Part shown: piece by piece, positions 51,220 through 64,000 of the stretch
Layout: each line of letters opens with the position of its first letter
How positions within the stretch are numbered: position 1 is the stretch's first letter
Source: Octopus vulgaris
Taxonomy: Eukaryota
NCBI GenBank assembly: GCA_951406725.2
Contig: OX597817.1
Span: 28,954,001-29,018,000, forward strand
Length of the DNA stretch: 64,000 bases
Reading direction: 5' to 3'
Position numbers and translations under genes: made by a program
Notes under the pieces: model-generated
What the model was told of the DNA's origin: nothing
Database searches by the model: none
The model's input: the letters and a program-made list of their open reading frames with translations, nothing else

Positions 51220-51300
51220 TGAAGTAATTGGAGTCAAGAAGGAGTACAGTTGGATATTTATTTATTATTCACTACAATTGTTTCGACTCTTGTAGTTCTC
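51098..51300 (+). repeat. ~205-bp local duplicate of 48291-48499
   Basis: tgtgttgagtgctactttc...(CA)n(TA)n...ttgtttcgactcttgtagttctc is near-identical at both sites. Confidence 0.9.
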
Positions 51301-51753
51301 ATAATTTCTTTTAACAGAATTTCACTCACAAAGAATTTATTGTCCTATGGTCGTAGTAGATGACACCCAAGCCTTTGTATGATTTGATAGCATTTCTAAC
51401 TTTCCATCCATGACCTCTCAGATGACTACTCAGTCATGTTGCAGATCTGCATAGTTTGGAGCATAGGTGACAGATGAAAGTTGCAACTCACTGTGTACTT
51501 CCAACATGTTACATCTGCATATGTCACCACTTTTCCATTGCCATAGGACTTCATGTAGATGAAAGGATAAATAAGATCATCATAAAGAGACATTTGTAAG
51601 TCATTGATTATAGTGACAAATGCTCGTACAACATGAGTACCATTCTCTTAATTTTCATGAAAAATACCTAGTGACAGGCCAAAGCGAGATGACCAACAAT
51701 CATGTGAAACTGCATGTTTTACGTCCCTCTCCTCCAGAGGTGCTATAACAACA

Positions 51754-52137
51754 TCATCATCATCATCATCATCATTGTTCGACCGTGGTCGAGACAATGG
51801 AATTTACCATGCTACACCAGACTTCACAGTCCATCATGGCATTACGGAGGTCCTGTTGCTGGATGCCTGTATCCCTGGAGATTACATCAGGGTAGGAGAG
51901 TGTGCACCCTCTGGTATTGCGAGTAGATGGCTTCCAGAGGAGAAGAGTAGAAATTACTTCTTTTTCAGCTCTACAACAATGTCCAGTAAACTGGACTCTC
52001 CTACCTTTCACAAGAGATGATACAGGTGGTAGTTTCCCATATATTTGCATTTTGGTTGGATGGCTCTTCCACGAGAGATTTTGAGCTCTCATAAGGAGGC
52101 GAGTGTAGGTTCCATCCAACAGCCTCTCAAGCTTCTT
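51754..52137 (-). mobile_element. 5'-truncated RTE-group LINE (ORF C-terminus and (TGA)n tail)
   Basis: LLDGTYTRLLMRAQNLSWKSHPTKMQIYGKLPPVSSLVKGRRVQFTGHCCR...LLLWKP...AMMDCEVW. TSD ctataacaaca at 51743-51753 and 52138-52148. Confidence 0.85.
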
Positions 52138-53319
52138 CTATAACAACAGTGAAGAATCCCTCACACCTGGTGGTTTTACTCTGCATCCAGTCACCAACTA
52201 AAGGTTTTTCTGTCCCCTCACTCAGACGTATAGTCGTTATATATGCTAGTTAATCCATGGCTTGGACCCTGACTTGTGCTCTACTTAACTGTTGGAGTAG
52301 ATCTGAGAACAATAGTGGTTAAGAGGTGGCTCCACACTCTTCCAAACCCTGGAACAGTGGAACCAGACTGACTACCAACTACTTATGTACTTGTGTGAGT
52401 GCATGTATGTGTGTGTGTATGTGTGTATCCAGTTCCATGGAAATAAGTATTGTTTGGCATTTAGTTGTAAGAATATTATTATTTTACACATTTTTGTATG
52501 AATATCATCTTGTGTGCTTTGTTTCCCATCTTTTTTTTAAATGGTTTTTAAACTTTTAATGTAAGACATTTGTAAATATGACAGTACACAAATAATTTCA
52601 TGACAGTAAAGAATATTGATGTAGAAAATTCATGCTTAAAGTACATATGTAAATACTATTTAATAGAAATAAATAAATAACAGATTTCCCAAATCAAGAT
52701 GACAGCAATCATGGCTAGCTGTTGCCAATTTCATTTTTATTTATGCAAAGAGATTTGAAATAAATAAATTAAAACAGCAAACAGAAAAATAGATAAAAAG
52801 AAGAGCCTAAACGGTATTAAGTACTTTTAAAATGATACAATCTGATGAAAATGTTAATCAAATGTCAGCCTTGTTGTCCAGCTTCAGATCAAAATTGAAT
52901 CTGTTGCTTTGTTCATTAAATAACAATACTAAAACAAAACTTTAGGAAAAAAAAAGACAATAGAAAGTGAAAGCTTATTTCAGAAGAGGATTCAATGTTA
53001 TTACCATCATCGGGAATTCTTTTGACGTTTCTTTAAGTTGTGTCTGATGCTGTCATCCACTATTTCATGCATTCATTGGGACAAAGGCACCTTAGTTTTT
53101 ATCACTGTCTCTTTCTACAATTGCATATAAATACTTCATTGCATTGCCTTTTTTTTTTAAAAAAAAAAGATTGTACATTTTGTTTAAATTTATAGTTTAT
53201 TTATTCTTTATACCGAGCACTCATTAATGTATTTTAATGTTTTATAAAAATGTGACTCACATAAGCACACATGCCAACATGAAAATTAGATGTTAAATGA
53301 TGATGATAATTTTATATAT

Positions 53320-53358
<39 letters not shown>

Positions 53359-53749
53359 ATACTTTGTATATCTTCTTGTTGAAGCAAGAGAGTTTATAAA
53401 TGATAGGAAAGCTTGGAGAGTGTTTGTGGGCAGATGAGTGAATTTAACGTTGCTCAAAGGGGCACGGAACCAGCAAAAGCAGCGGGGGTAAACGAGCATA
53501 TGCTGTTGGGCCCCACTGCTGATATTGGAGGTTCCGTTCTATGCCTTGACCCAAGCATAGGATGGGGCTCACCTTTTTGATCTGGGAAATGAATGAAATG
53601 CCTGGTGTGTGTCTTGTTGTGGTTATCCACTCCTAAAAAGAAAATGGGGAATAGGCCTGGGTATATATATGTATTTTCTATATAACATAGCTATAGAAAC
53701 AATGTATTTTGTCACTTTCATTTTTACGCCTGGTTTTCTGTACTTTAAG

Positions 53750-54960
53750 AAATGGATGAGCCTTTTGTGGCTTACCATTTGTTGCAAGCCTTTGTTACTT
53801 GCTTTGTAAGGTTTGACCTCTTGATATTAACCTTTATAACTCTTCATACTTTCCTTAGTTATTCTTTCCCTCAAGGAACTTCCACTTGCATCACTCAGCA
53901 CATCCTTATACCCAGCGGTCATTCTCCTCATACATTACATGCCTGTAGCAGTACAGTCTCCAATCTTGCACATGGCATCTGATTCCTTTTAACCCAGTTT
54001 TACTTTCAGATCATTTGTGCTGTTATTCCCGTACACTAACATTACACATTCATCTCAGCATGCTCTCATTTCTTTCCAAATTTCACAGAATCTCATCTTT
54101 GAATGATGCTCATATTGCATTAGCATACAAGATAAAACTTTGCATAAGCCATCCTACACTGTACTCTTCACTTCGAGACAGAATTTCCCGTTACCCACAG
54201 AAGTAATAGGTCTCATTTTCCATTCAGTTCTTATTCTGGCTACGTATGCTTCCTCTGTTAATTAGGTCTTCTTGTGATAAAAGCGATAAACTATTTCTAC
54301 AGAGCTTTTGGAGTATTCATAACTCTTTCATAAATCCTCCTTGTATTAACTACCTATTTCTTTATTACCCACAAGGGGCTAAACACAGAGGGGACAAACA
54401 AGGACAGACATAGGTATTAAGTCGATTACATCGACCCCAGTGCATAACTGGTACTTAATTTATCGACCCCGAAAGGATGAAAGGCAAAGTCGACCTCGGC
54501 GGAATTTGAACTCACAACGTAAAGCAGACGAAATACCGCTAAGCATTTCGCCCGGCGTGCTAACGTTTCTGCCAGCTCGCCGCCTTGTATTAACTACCGT
54601 TGTGCATCTACTTCGTACAATGTCATTCTTTGCAGTTAGCCTGACTTGCTACACAGTGCAGCATTTCAACCTAATCTGTTTTTTCTACATATAAAACACG
54701 GCCTCTTGCCTGATACCAAGAAAATTGTTACCTTTCTTTACTACAATAGTGAAATTTCCTTCATAGCCTCTTGATTTTAAGCCTTACTTCTATAGTTGGA
54801 ATACATTCAATAATTGCTCAGCAGCTTTAACTATGAGATTTAGATTATCAGCATATGGAGTCCCATGGGCAGCTGGTCTTAAATTACTTTGATATGTCCT
54901 GCAAAGCTATAATAAACAGGAGAGGACTCATAAGAGGGTATCAGGTGGAGCACTTCTTGG
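53750..54960 (-). pseudogene. Degraded RTE-clade LINE (RT core to C-terminus), interrupted by a SINE
   Basis: Reverse-strand motifs SPLLFIIALQDISK*FKTSCPW/YADNL (~54930-54840) and LERNESMLR*MCNVSV...WRLYCYRHV (~54080-53935). Confidence 0.7.
54355..54586 (-). mobile_element. SINE family B1, full length
   Basis: Reverse complement of the 34678 copy. TSD ccttgtattaactacc at 54339-54354 and 54583-54598. Confidence 0.9.
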
Positions 54961-55184
54961 CACAATCTCAAAATCTGGCATATTTTGTTTCATCTGTTAT
55001 CCATGCAGCCATGCACCAAACCAGCTACATCTGGAACCATTCCAACCATGCACCAACTATTTTCTTTTAGTACTCTCTGAGGATTTGCTATTTTACTCAC
55101 ATTCTTATGTCATATTCATTATGAAACATTATTTGCTTTTCCCATCATTTCAGAAACCTGCCATTTTTTCCAAACCCAGTTAGC

Positions 55185-55222
<38 letters not shown>

Positions 55223-55375
55223 TGTCATGTTTGAAATATCTGCTAATATTATGCAAACTACTGTGTATATATGTATACATATATATATATATACTTACAC
55301 ATGCATACATATTTATATATGTTCGTGTGTGTGCATGCATATATGTGTGTATGTATGTATGTCCATGCACACATA

Positions 55376-55722
55376 TAAGGTAAAGGCTGGAGAACCCCTT
55401 TGGTCATGAATGACCAATGGATTTCACCTAGACAGTTACTCTGAGGCACAAATCCAGGTAAGGTCAGTTGTGGAAAACCAGCAGTCACCCATGCATACAG
55501 CCTCCCTTCTCAATGCTACCAATACTATCCAAGGAAAAAGGAATGGTCAGTACAGATTGGCACCAGTGACATAGCAACTCATTTCTACAGCTGAGTGAAT
55601 TGGAGCAACATGAAATAAAGTGTCTTGCTCAAGAACACAACATACAGCCTGGTCTAGGAATTAAACTCACTACCTCATGATTGTGAGCCCAATGCTCTAA
55701 GCACTGAGCCATGTACCTTCAC
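55376..55722 (-). mobile_element. tRNA-derived SINE family D
   Basis: Reverse-complement head gaaggtacatggctcagtgcttagagc...gagtttaattcc, followed by gtgttcttgagcaagacact. A degenerate relative lies near 25270-25415. Confidence 0.65.
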
Positions 55723-56032
55723 ACACAGACACACACTTATATTATTCTCTTGGTAATAACTTTATAACGTGCTTTGCAAAGCTCCTCTGCAGGCATTGGC
55801 TATCATGTGGTATCAAACAACAGGAAATCTCTTTTTACGGGATATACATATTGAAATCCATTAATATATGCAGAATTCTACTTGGAAAAGGATACATGGC
55901 ATTCAATCATATAATAATATAAATAATATATATATATATATATATATAACTTTGTCAATGGGATACTAGAAATAGAATATGAGTATAAGACAATAGGAAA
56001 TTATGAACCCAAATCCACATCATATATATCAA

Positions 56033-56409
56033 TGCTGTTCACTATCAGTATTTTTCAAGCACCATCTGAAGTATTCAAGTACTTCCAAGCAGTGCTGTTT
56101 TCTGCAAGTGTTCCACCCTTACTGCAGCCCCTATTTGTTCCATGTACTTCTCAAAATTTTTACTCACAGTTCCCAGGGTTCTGGCATTTATTGGTACTAC
56201 TACCACCTTTTTGATTGACCACAACTGCTTAACCTCCCAAGCTAACCTGTCGACTTTTCTTTCTTCATTATCGCATACCTTGTTGTCAGCTGGGCATGTT
56301 ATATCTATGATCCAGCATTGTTTGCTTTCTTTCTCAATTAACACTGTGTCTGGCTTCCTATTGTCTATCTTATGGTCACACTGAATCATAAAATCCCATC
56401 GGATATTTG

Positions 56410-56415
<6 letters not shown>
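56033..56415 (-). mobile_element. R4/Dong-like retrotransposon 3' relic (RLE domain)
   Basis: WDFMIQCDHKIDNRKPDTVLIEKESKQCWIIDITCPADNKVCDNEERKVDRLAWEVKQLW...LQKTALLGST contains the PD..D motif. Abuts (TAA)n. Confidence 0.85.
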
Positions 56416-56451
<36 letters not shown>

Positions 56452-56453
56452 CA

Positions 56454-56493
<40 letters not shown>

Positions 56494-56546
56494 CATTATT
56501 ATTATTATTATTGTTATTGTTAATATTATTATGATTACTGTTATTA
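56412..56546. repeat. (TTA)n microsatellite
   Basis: Directly visible. It separates two R4/Dong-like relics. Confidence 0.95.
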
Positions 56547-56554
56547 TTTGATTA

Positions 56555-57043
56555 AAACTCTTAGCTTATGTTGCTGGGCATGATGGAAAGTGTCAACTGT
56601 CCACTGCCAGGAGACTAATGTGACACATGTTTACTGATCGTACTTGAGGAACCCTGTGTAGAACTCTTGCAGTTCCAAGCAATGAATATTTTTGTAGGTG
56701 TTCTATCTTTACATTAGTACCAATCTTTTTCAGCCTCATTAGTAATTGAGTGCTGATACTTTTAAGTGCACCAATTACTACTGATATCATGTCCACTCTC
56801 CTCATTGTCCACAACCTGCATATATCCCACTTGAAATTGTCATATTGTTCAGTTCTTCTTCTTCTTTCTCTTTGATCCTATTGTCACTGGGAATGCTATG
56901 TCAATTATCATGCAAGTGGTTTTCGTTTTTTTTCACCTTAACAGTATCAAGTTTCTAATATCTGATCTGATGGTCACACTGAATCATTACATCCCACAGG
57001 ATTTTGTAGTCATCATTCTCAGTAACACCTTCTGGGTTTATCA
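56555..57043 (-). mobile_element. Second, more divergent R4/Dong-like 3' relic
   Basis: PEGVTENDDYKILWDVMIQCDHQI...CMIIDIAFPSDNRIKEKE...LWTMRRVDMISVVIGAL...LLGTARVLHRV. TAA/TTA tracts on both sides. Confidence 0.8.
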
Positions 57044-57057
57044 TAATAATAATAATA

Positions 57058-57110
<53 letters not shown>

Positions 57111-57134
57111 TGTTGTTGTTGTTGTTATCAATTA

Positions 57135-57330
57135 AGTGGCAAGCTGGCAGAATTGTTAGCACACCAGACAAAATGCTGCAATGCAGTTTAAATGCCACTG
57201 TGATTGACTTTGCCCTCCATCCTTTTGAGGTCAATAAAATAAATACCAGTTGAGTCCTAGAGTGGATGAAATCAACAAATCCCTCCCATCAAATTTTAGG
57301 TTTTGTGCCTCTAGTAGAAAAGATTACTAT
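57135..57330 (+). mobile_element. SINE family B2, degenerate
   Basis: gtggcaagctggcagaattgttagcac...gtgcctctagtagaaaagattactatt, following (TTA)n. Confidence 0.65.
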
Positions 57331-57459
57331 TATTGTTGGTGATTTGACTCAGGCTCATTCTTATTCCTGGTAGAATTTATGTGGGTTGCAGGTTACTACC
57401 TGTAACCTTAAGTTTCCAAAGCTTTCAATAATCTTTCAAGTGCTTTAAATCCTTTGTTG

Positions 57460-57508
<49 letters not shown>

Positions 57509-57546
57509 CATTATTATTATTATCATTATTATTATTATTATTATTA

Positions 57547-57767
57547 AGGTGGTGAGCTGGCAGAATCGTTAGCATGCCACGCAAAATGCTTAGCAGCATT
57601 TCATCTGTCTTTACATTGTGAGTTCAAATTCTACCGAGGTCAATTTTGCTTTCCATCTTTTGAGGTCGATAAATTAAATACCAGTCAGGTACTGGGGCCG
57701 ACCTAAAGACTTTCCCCTTTCCTCAAAAATTTCAGGCCTTTTGCCTATAGTAGAAAGGATTATTATT
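57547..57767 (+). mobile_element. SINE family B2
   Basis: aaggtggtgagctggcagaatcgttagc...gagttcaaattc...gcctatagtagaaaggattattatt, directly after (TTA)n. Confidence 0.8.
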
Positions 57768-59358
57768 TGTCGTCGTAAAATATATTTTTTTAAATTAAAG
57801 AAAGGTATTGGTTTTAGAATAAACTTGTTCAAGTCTATACACTTGAGTATAAAGCCTTCAGCAGTCATTTCTCCATCATGCTGATTATTTTCTTTTAAAT
57901 TATATGTATATATTCTGAAACTGGAAATATACATCCACTAAAATAAGAACGATTGTAATTTCATGTACGATTAATTTAAATTCATTCCTTTTGAAATAAA
58001 ATAGTTAACACCATTTAAAAATTTTTTTCTTCTTAAATTGAAAGCTTAATGGTTAACAGTTTATTCAAAAGAAATGCTTGTGGCATCTTCAGGTGAAGTG
58101 AAAAATAAATTGTGCATTGAAATATTAAGCAAAAATATTGTGAAGTTATTGTACAAACTGATAGATTTTATCTGGCTTTCAAAAACTGATTCAGATTTAA
58201 TATAATTTTTTTTATACATCTTTACAGAAAATGCTGAATATTACATTATTAAAATGCATTATTTCATTACAAATTCCTTGTTGTTTGAAAATTATTTAAG
58301 CTGATACCATATAATACCATTCTTTGAATGTTAATTTTGAAATTCAGTAGCAACACAAACTTTTATAGATATTTTACCTGGCTTGCAAAAATATTCCAAA
58401 CTTGATTAAAAATTTGTAAGGCTTCTAGCTAAATATTTGTCTTGCAAATAACCTATAATTTTCACATCAACATTCAAATCTTTTAGTTTGTACAGGGAAG
58501 GCTATACTAATCTGGATTGTCCATGAGTCTTAAATATCTGTGACCAGGCACTATGAAAGTTTTCTTAAATAGAGGAATATTTTCCAGATATTGGCATTAC
58601 CAAAGATAATAAATTAGAGTGCTTATTTAATGCCATTTTCAAGAAGAGATAAATTAGAGTTATAACATGCATTTCATGCATTTTTTATTGTTTTCACAGA
58701 ATAAGGAGAGTTTGAATGGCTTCAACCAGACATTGTTTGTCCACTGACTGCAAGAGATAAACTTAGCAAACTACGTTTGAAATCAAGTTTTTTGTCCAAG
58801 TGAAACTGACTTTTGTGTTTAAAAATTTTTAAATCCCAAAATGTAACTAATTAAAAATGCTTAAATACAATGAAATTTGTAGCTATAGTTATACATACAT
58901 GCAACAATTCATGCTACTCTGATTTGTATGGTGACCCTACAAATTGATACACCTGTTGTGTGGGCAAAGAATTTCATATTTTATTCACAGGTTACACATT
59001 TCTCTACCTTTGTTTTTTTATTATAATTTTCCCTCTTAACCTTTTATATTCCAATATATATTCCAATACAAGCATAAATGAAGAGCATAGTGAACCTACT
59101 TTATAAATTAACTTTGATGATTTTTATTATTAACTTTATATAATTTTCTGATTATATTCTTACCCAAGCAATGCTGTATACATACTGCTTGCATATTATA
59201 AAAATAAAAGGGAGCCTTATCCAGCCCCAGTCTGGCAACCTTTAATCTCATACAAGAATTTTTCAATTGTAGCTACATCTGTACTTGTGTCTACTATATC
59301 CTACTTTACCTTCATAATTATAATGACTCAAAGTATAAAATTTCATATTTATATAATA

Positions 59359-59868
59359 CTAGCAGTATCGCCCGGCGTTGCTCGGGTTTGTAAGGGAAAT
59401 AACTATATAAGCATTTTTAGAGAGTTACTTCCCTTATAGATGCCAATTCGGGCTTTCTTAGCCATTTCTGTTTTGGTGTCTTCAAGCCATGAAGTCGTTC
59501 TAAAAGAACGCTGGTCTCCTTGACAACGCTTTACGACGTTGATTTCCTTACACTCCCTTCCCCACAGCTTCACGAGGGAGGGAAGAAGGGGGAGAAGCAA
59601 ACAGGTGCAGGTGTGACCCTGGATGCCAACTCTGCCGCCATCGACACACGAAAAATTATGCATTAAAATGGAATAAAAAATGATGTTAAATTATTTTTAA
59701 AATCGTAGACTCATCGTAGACGCGCGCTAATACTCAGACGGGCTCGATATGAATCACGACTATAAGATACCCGAATTTGGTTAAACTGCACCGCAAAATG
59801 TGGGAGTAGTTAGGAATCTAAATCGAAGGGGACAGACACTCACACAACTACAGTTTTATATATATAGA
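59359..59868 (-). mobile_element. Non-autonomous Helitron with a unique GC-rich internal segment
   Basis: Reverse complement: TC tatatatataaaa ... cccgagcaacgccggg (hairpin) cgatactg CTAG|T. Termini are homologous to 2275-2673. Confidence 0.8.
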
Positions 59869-60337
59869 ATATCATATATCTTTGAAGAGGATGTTGATCT
59901 ATCATTGACCCCTTTTCATGTCCGAGGAATTGAACTCAGTATTGCAAGGTAGTCATTATACTTGTTGATCGCAACATGTTCTCCCTATTTTCTGTAGTCG
60001 ATTATGTTACCATCCTTAAACATACTTGTAGCTAAGTAGACTCTGCCATGTACTTTGTGTATGGGTGCAATGTAATACTTGAAAGGAGATACAACTGTCA
60101 AGACTTTGTCTAGTTGTCTGTCAGCGAGGCAAAATGTCATATGAATTCATATGGACCTGTTGATACACTATTGTGTCACTCCTTTTTATTTTTGATACAT
60201 TTACAGAAGTATACCCCCTAGTGTTCTTCTATACATGCAGGCATACTGTAAACTATTATGGAGAATCCCATCTACTCCTAGAATTATTTAACTGCATATT
60301 GTATACTCTAACTGATTTAACCAAAAATTTCACTGAA

Positions 60338-60575
60338 ATCATCATCATCATCATCATTTAATGTCTGTTTTCCATGCTGACATGGGTTGGACGGTTCGAC
60401 CGGGGTCTGGTAAGCCATGGAGGCTGCACCAGGCTCCAGTCTGATTTGGCAGTGTTTCTACAGCTGGATGCCCTTCCTAACGCCAACCACTCCATGAGTG
60501 TAGTGCATGGTTTTTACGTGCCACCGGCACAGGAGCCAGACCAGGCTGGCAAACAGCCACGATCGGTTGGTGATA
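60338..60575 (-). mobile_element. Retroposon family C copy
   Basis: (cat)n tail, ccatgctgacatgggttggacgg, ctggatgcccttcctaacgccaaccactcc. Confidence 0.8.
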
Positions 60576-61755
60576 TTTAATAAATACCTGGGTTAACTGA
60601 TCGTTTGTTCCTCAAATAAAATGAAAGAAGGTAATATGCAATAATACACAAGGTACATCAGTTTCTGCAAAGTCACTAACCTAGCATCAGTAATAACTAA
60701 ACAGAATGTAACTTGATCTTGGGAACGAGAAGGAACATCACAAACAACATGAAATAGAAACTGCTGAAGGTATTGCATTAGCATGCCTGCAACTATGTTG
60801 ACTTAAAAAATAAATTACAACACTATAGGCAATATAGAGACATATACATACGCCTACTGATACACAAGGTATACATTCATTCTAATTCTCAAACATACAG
60901 ACATACATACTGCAGTAGACATTTTCAGATACTCACAAACAACTTCTCAAATAAAGGATGAGAGAAGTCAGAGAGAGGGAGTGATATTTTGTAATATAAT
61001 TTCATATTGGAAAACCATGATTAGAGATTTCTTCAAACCTTCATGTCAACACTGATAGAAGGGTAAAATTAGATAAAGCAGTAGCAATAGCAGTGTTACA
61101 TGGAGAAAAAAAACATAATAACAAAGTGTTTCATGCAATTTCCTCATGATTCTCCATTTAGTGAAGTCTTAATCATTCACAAATATTTTCTTCAGAGGTG
61201 AAAAAACAAAATACAAAGAAAGTTAAAATAAGAAACAACTGAGTTAAAATTAAAATTCTATTCAGGAAAATGTAAAAAAAAAAAAAGAAAAAATGAATTA
61301 CATGAACATAAAATTTATGGAATTAGTCACATTTTAATGAAGTCCTGAATTATTATTTTTCTTCACTGTTTTTTTTTAAATTTATTGAAATTTGAATGTC
61401 TATTATTTTAAACCAGTGCCACAATGCTATTAGAACAAAAGAATTTTATGATTATCTCTGACAGTTGTCTCAGTAGAATTTTCATTCTTTTTATAAAGCC
61501 CTTGGTTCTATCATTTTGGCACAAGTTCAAGATTTAATATCATGTGTCTTCTCTTCCTCTCTGCGTGTATGCATGTGCTTATGTGTAATATATATACACA
61601 CATACATATATACATGCCGACACACATAGATACACACATGCACATCTCGCTCTCTCTCTCTACTTATATATATATATATATACACATATATATAAATATA
61701 TATATATAAAATGAGGGGTTTAGTTCACTTGTGATCTAAATAAATATGTATGCTG

Positions 61756-61820
<65 letters not shown>

Positions 61821-62994
61821 CGTTTGGTTTGTGTACTTTTGTATCTATGTGCATGAGTGAGTTTCATAATTGTGTGCGAATGTTCTGCAAAAAAAAATGG
61901 AGAGATTTTTTTTACTCTCTCACATTTTATTTTCTACATCTCAAATTTAAGTCCTTTTTTATTATTCTTATTTGTTTATCCGTGTTATATTTCAATTAAT
62001 TTTTTTTGTACATTCTTAGTTTGCAGTTACTTCAAGTAGCATGGGGTATGGAGAGAGAACATGTAAACTATTTAGATAAATTAACACCTCTTTTGCAATA
62101 TTAAGCTAAAATATGCTGAAAGAAACAAATGCCACAAGAAATATCCATGCAGCCTTAAAAAACAAGACAAATTGGATTGTTTTAGATATGTCATTGTGAA
62201 AAGTGCTATGACTCATAATTATGTCCCAATTCTCAAGAAAATGCAGTGAGTTTGCACATCAGACTAGAATACCAATTTGCAGATTTTTGATTCAAGGCAA
62301 TGGCTAAAGATTAAAGTGTAAGTCTTTTGAGTAAATTCCTAATAGCTTTTAGCCCTTAAGTTAATTAATAATGCGGTTTCTCTTGTAGTAACAACAGATA
62401 CCAGCAACAGATAAGGGATTGCAAAACAAATTCATTTCATACAGTTTGCAAATTATTCTTTATTTACATACTGCATCATTCACACACATGCGTGTGCATG
62501 TGTCGTAATCATTATCTGTCTTCTTTCCAAGATGGTATGAATTGGATAGATTGCTATAGATATAGTCAGCACATCTTTGAAGACATTGCTTGCTGAGATG
62601 GATCAGAAGACCATGCCCTGCTTATGTATTTTGTTCTTGGATTTGTTTCTATGGCTGGATTCCCTTCCTTAACACCAACAACTATAAAGAGTGTGCTGGA
62701 TATGTTTTTCATGGCAGCAGCACTTGAGCAGTAGGTGTGTCCTTGATGTGACTAAAGGCACCTCACAATCCCACATCGTTGCTCCCTCACCAACCTCTTT
62801 ACAGCTGGAAAGGCATGAAAGACAGTGATAAGAGTGGTGTGTGATATTGGGGGACTGATAAGGGTACTCAGTAAATGCCAACATGTAGAATTCTTGTTGC
62901 TGTACCAATTATTTCTTTGTTGTAAGTTGTACAAAATTAAATGATATCTACCAATATAAACAATTATATAAACTCTTCATGATAGAAGTGGACA

Positions 62995-63397
62995 TTTTAA
63001 TGTTCACTTTCCATGCTTGCACAGGTTAAAATTGAATTTACTGAGGAAGATTTTTTATGGCTAAATGCTCTTTCTGTCACCAACCCTCATCTGTTTCCAG
63101 ATAAGGTAACATTACCCCTTGGCCAGACATGTTTTCATGGAGGATTGGAAGGAAATAATGTATACTATTTGTGTGACAGTGACACTTGCTTACAACTATC
63201 ATGTGATGTCAAGATAAAGAAACACCAACATAAACTCACACATACACGTATGTGTGTACGCGTGGTAGGTTGCTTTCAGTTTCTGTCTTCTAAAGTCACT
63301 CACAAGGCTTTAGTCAGCCTGGGACTATAGACGAAAAACACTTGTTCAAAGTGTCACACTGTGGGAATGAATCTGAAACAATGTAATTGAGAAGCAA
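62995..63397 (-). mobile_element. Old SINE relic (family A-like head joined to family C-like tail)
   Basis: 63270-63397 resembles the family A head (cacaaggctttagtcagcctgg...cactgtgggaatgaatc). 62995-63100 resembles the family C tail (tttaatgttcactttccatgcttgca, ggctaaatgctctttctgtcaccaacc). Confidence 0.45.
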
Positions 63398-64000
63398 GTA
63401 AAATATATGGGTGTACTGTAGTACTGAAATCAGTACTGAAAGCCAAAGGTATGTTTACCTATTCAATAAATCTTTAATATCAATGAGTTGTTCCTATAGA
63501 ATTGCAGCTCAGTGCACCAGACAATTCAGAGGTATGTTTTTTAGTCATACTAAAGTTATGTGCCAGGGGAAAAAGATTCAGTCAGTTGCCCGGAATTGTG
63601 TCAAATCAGCTGTCCACATGTCAAACAGATCTGATGCAAGCAAAAAAATAAGGAAAATATAATGAAAAAAAAAAAAAATTACTCGATATATTAAATTAGT
63701 AAAACTACTGGAAATTTAAATCTTAAAAAACAAGTTACTTATTTTTATCTTGTACATCAAATAGAAAAAAAAATATAACAGAAAAAAATCAATGGCTTGC
63801 AACTTAATTTCTTTTACTTAAATGAAGGAAATTGTTCAATAGCATTCTATCTAATCTTAAACCTATCAATCAATCTAACTTGCAGACCTGTCTTCAATCT
63901 GATTGCAGACTCATACAGTTCTCCATGGAGTATAGTACAGTTTACTAATTTAAAGATAAAATATTTTTAAAGCAATACAGCTATAGTTTAGTTTCTTTTA

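Noticed and set aside
59150-59192. Third Helitron 3' end
   Set aside because: Resembles the terminus (acccaagcaatgctg...tactgcttg), but the hairpin and CTAG are decayed and no 5' end was found.

Overview
AT-rich, repeat-dense eukaryotic (animal) genomic DNA. The SINE repertoire and the (TA)n/(CA)n/(TAA)n microsatellite load point to a coleoid cephalopod, probably Octopus (inference). I can support only one host protein-coding exon: 19205-19409 (+), the C-terminal part of an N-terminal Ig domain of a lachesin/DIP/IgLON-like neural adhesion protein. The rest appears to be very large flanking introns. These hold several tRNA-derived SINE families and 5'-truncated LINE relics (R4/Dong-like, RTE, CR1/L2-group). 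They also hold two non-autonomous Helitrons, TTAA-flanked piggyBac-type MITEs, a truncated tRNA-Arg copy and Penelope-like relics. Most notable: (i) four unrelated loci with minimal hammerhead-ribozyme-like cores, three of them inside long fold-back inverted repeats; (ii) a SINE bracketed by a 229-bp near-perfect direct repeat; (iii) repeated short-range copy-paste (templated) insertions; (iv) a LINE with twin-priming 5'-inversion geometry; (v) R4/Dong-like elements consistently embedded in (TAA)n. Nearly all ORFs in the supplied track are microsatellite or SINE artefacts. All calls were made by eye; no database search or folding program was run.
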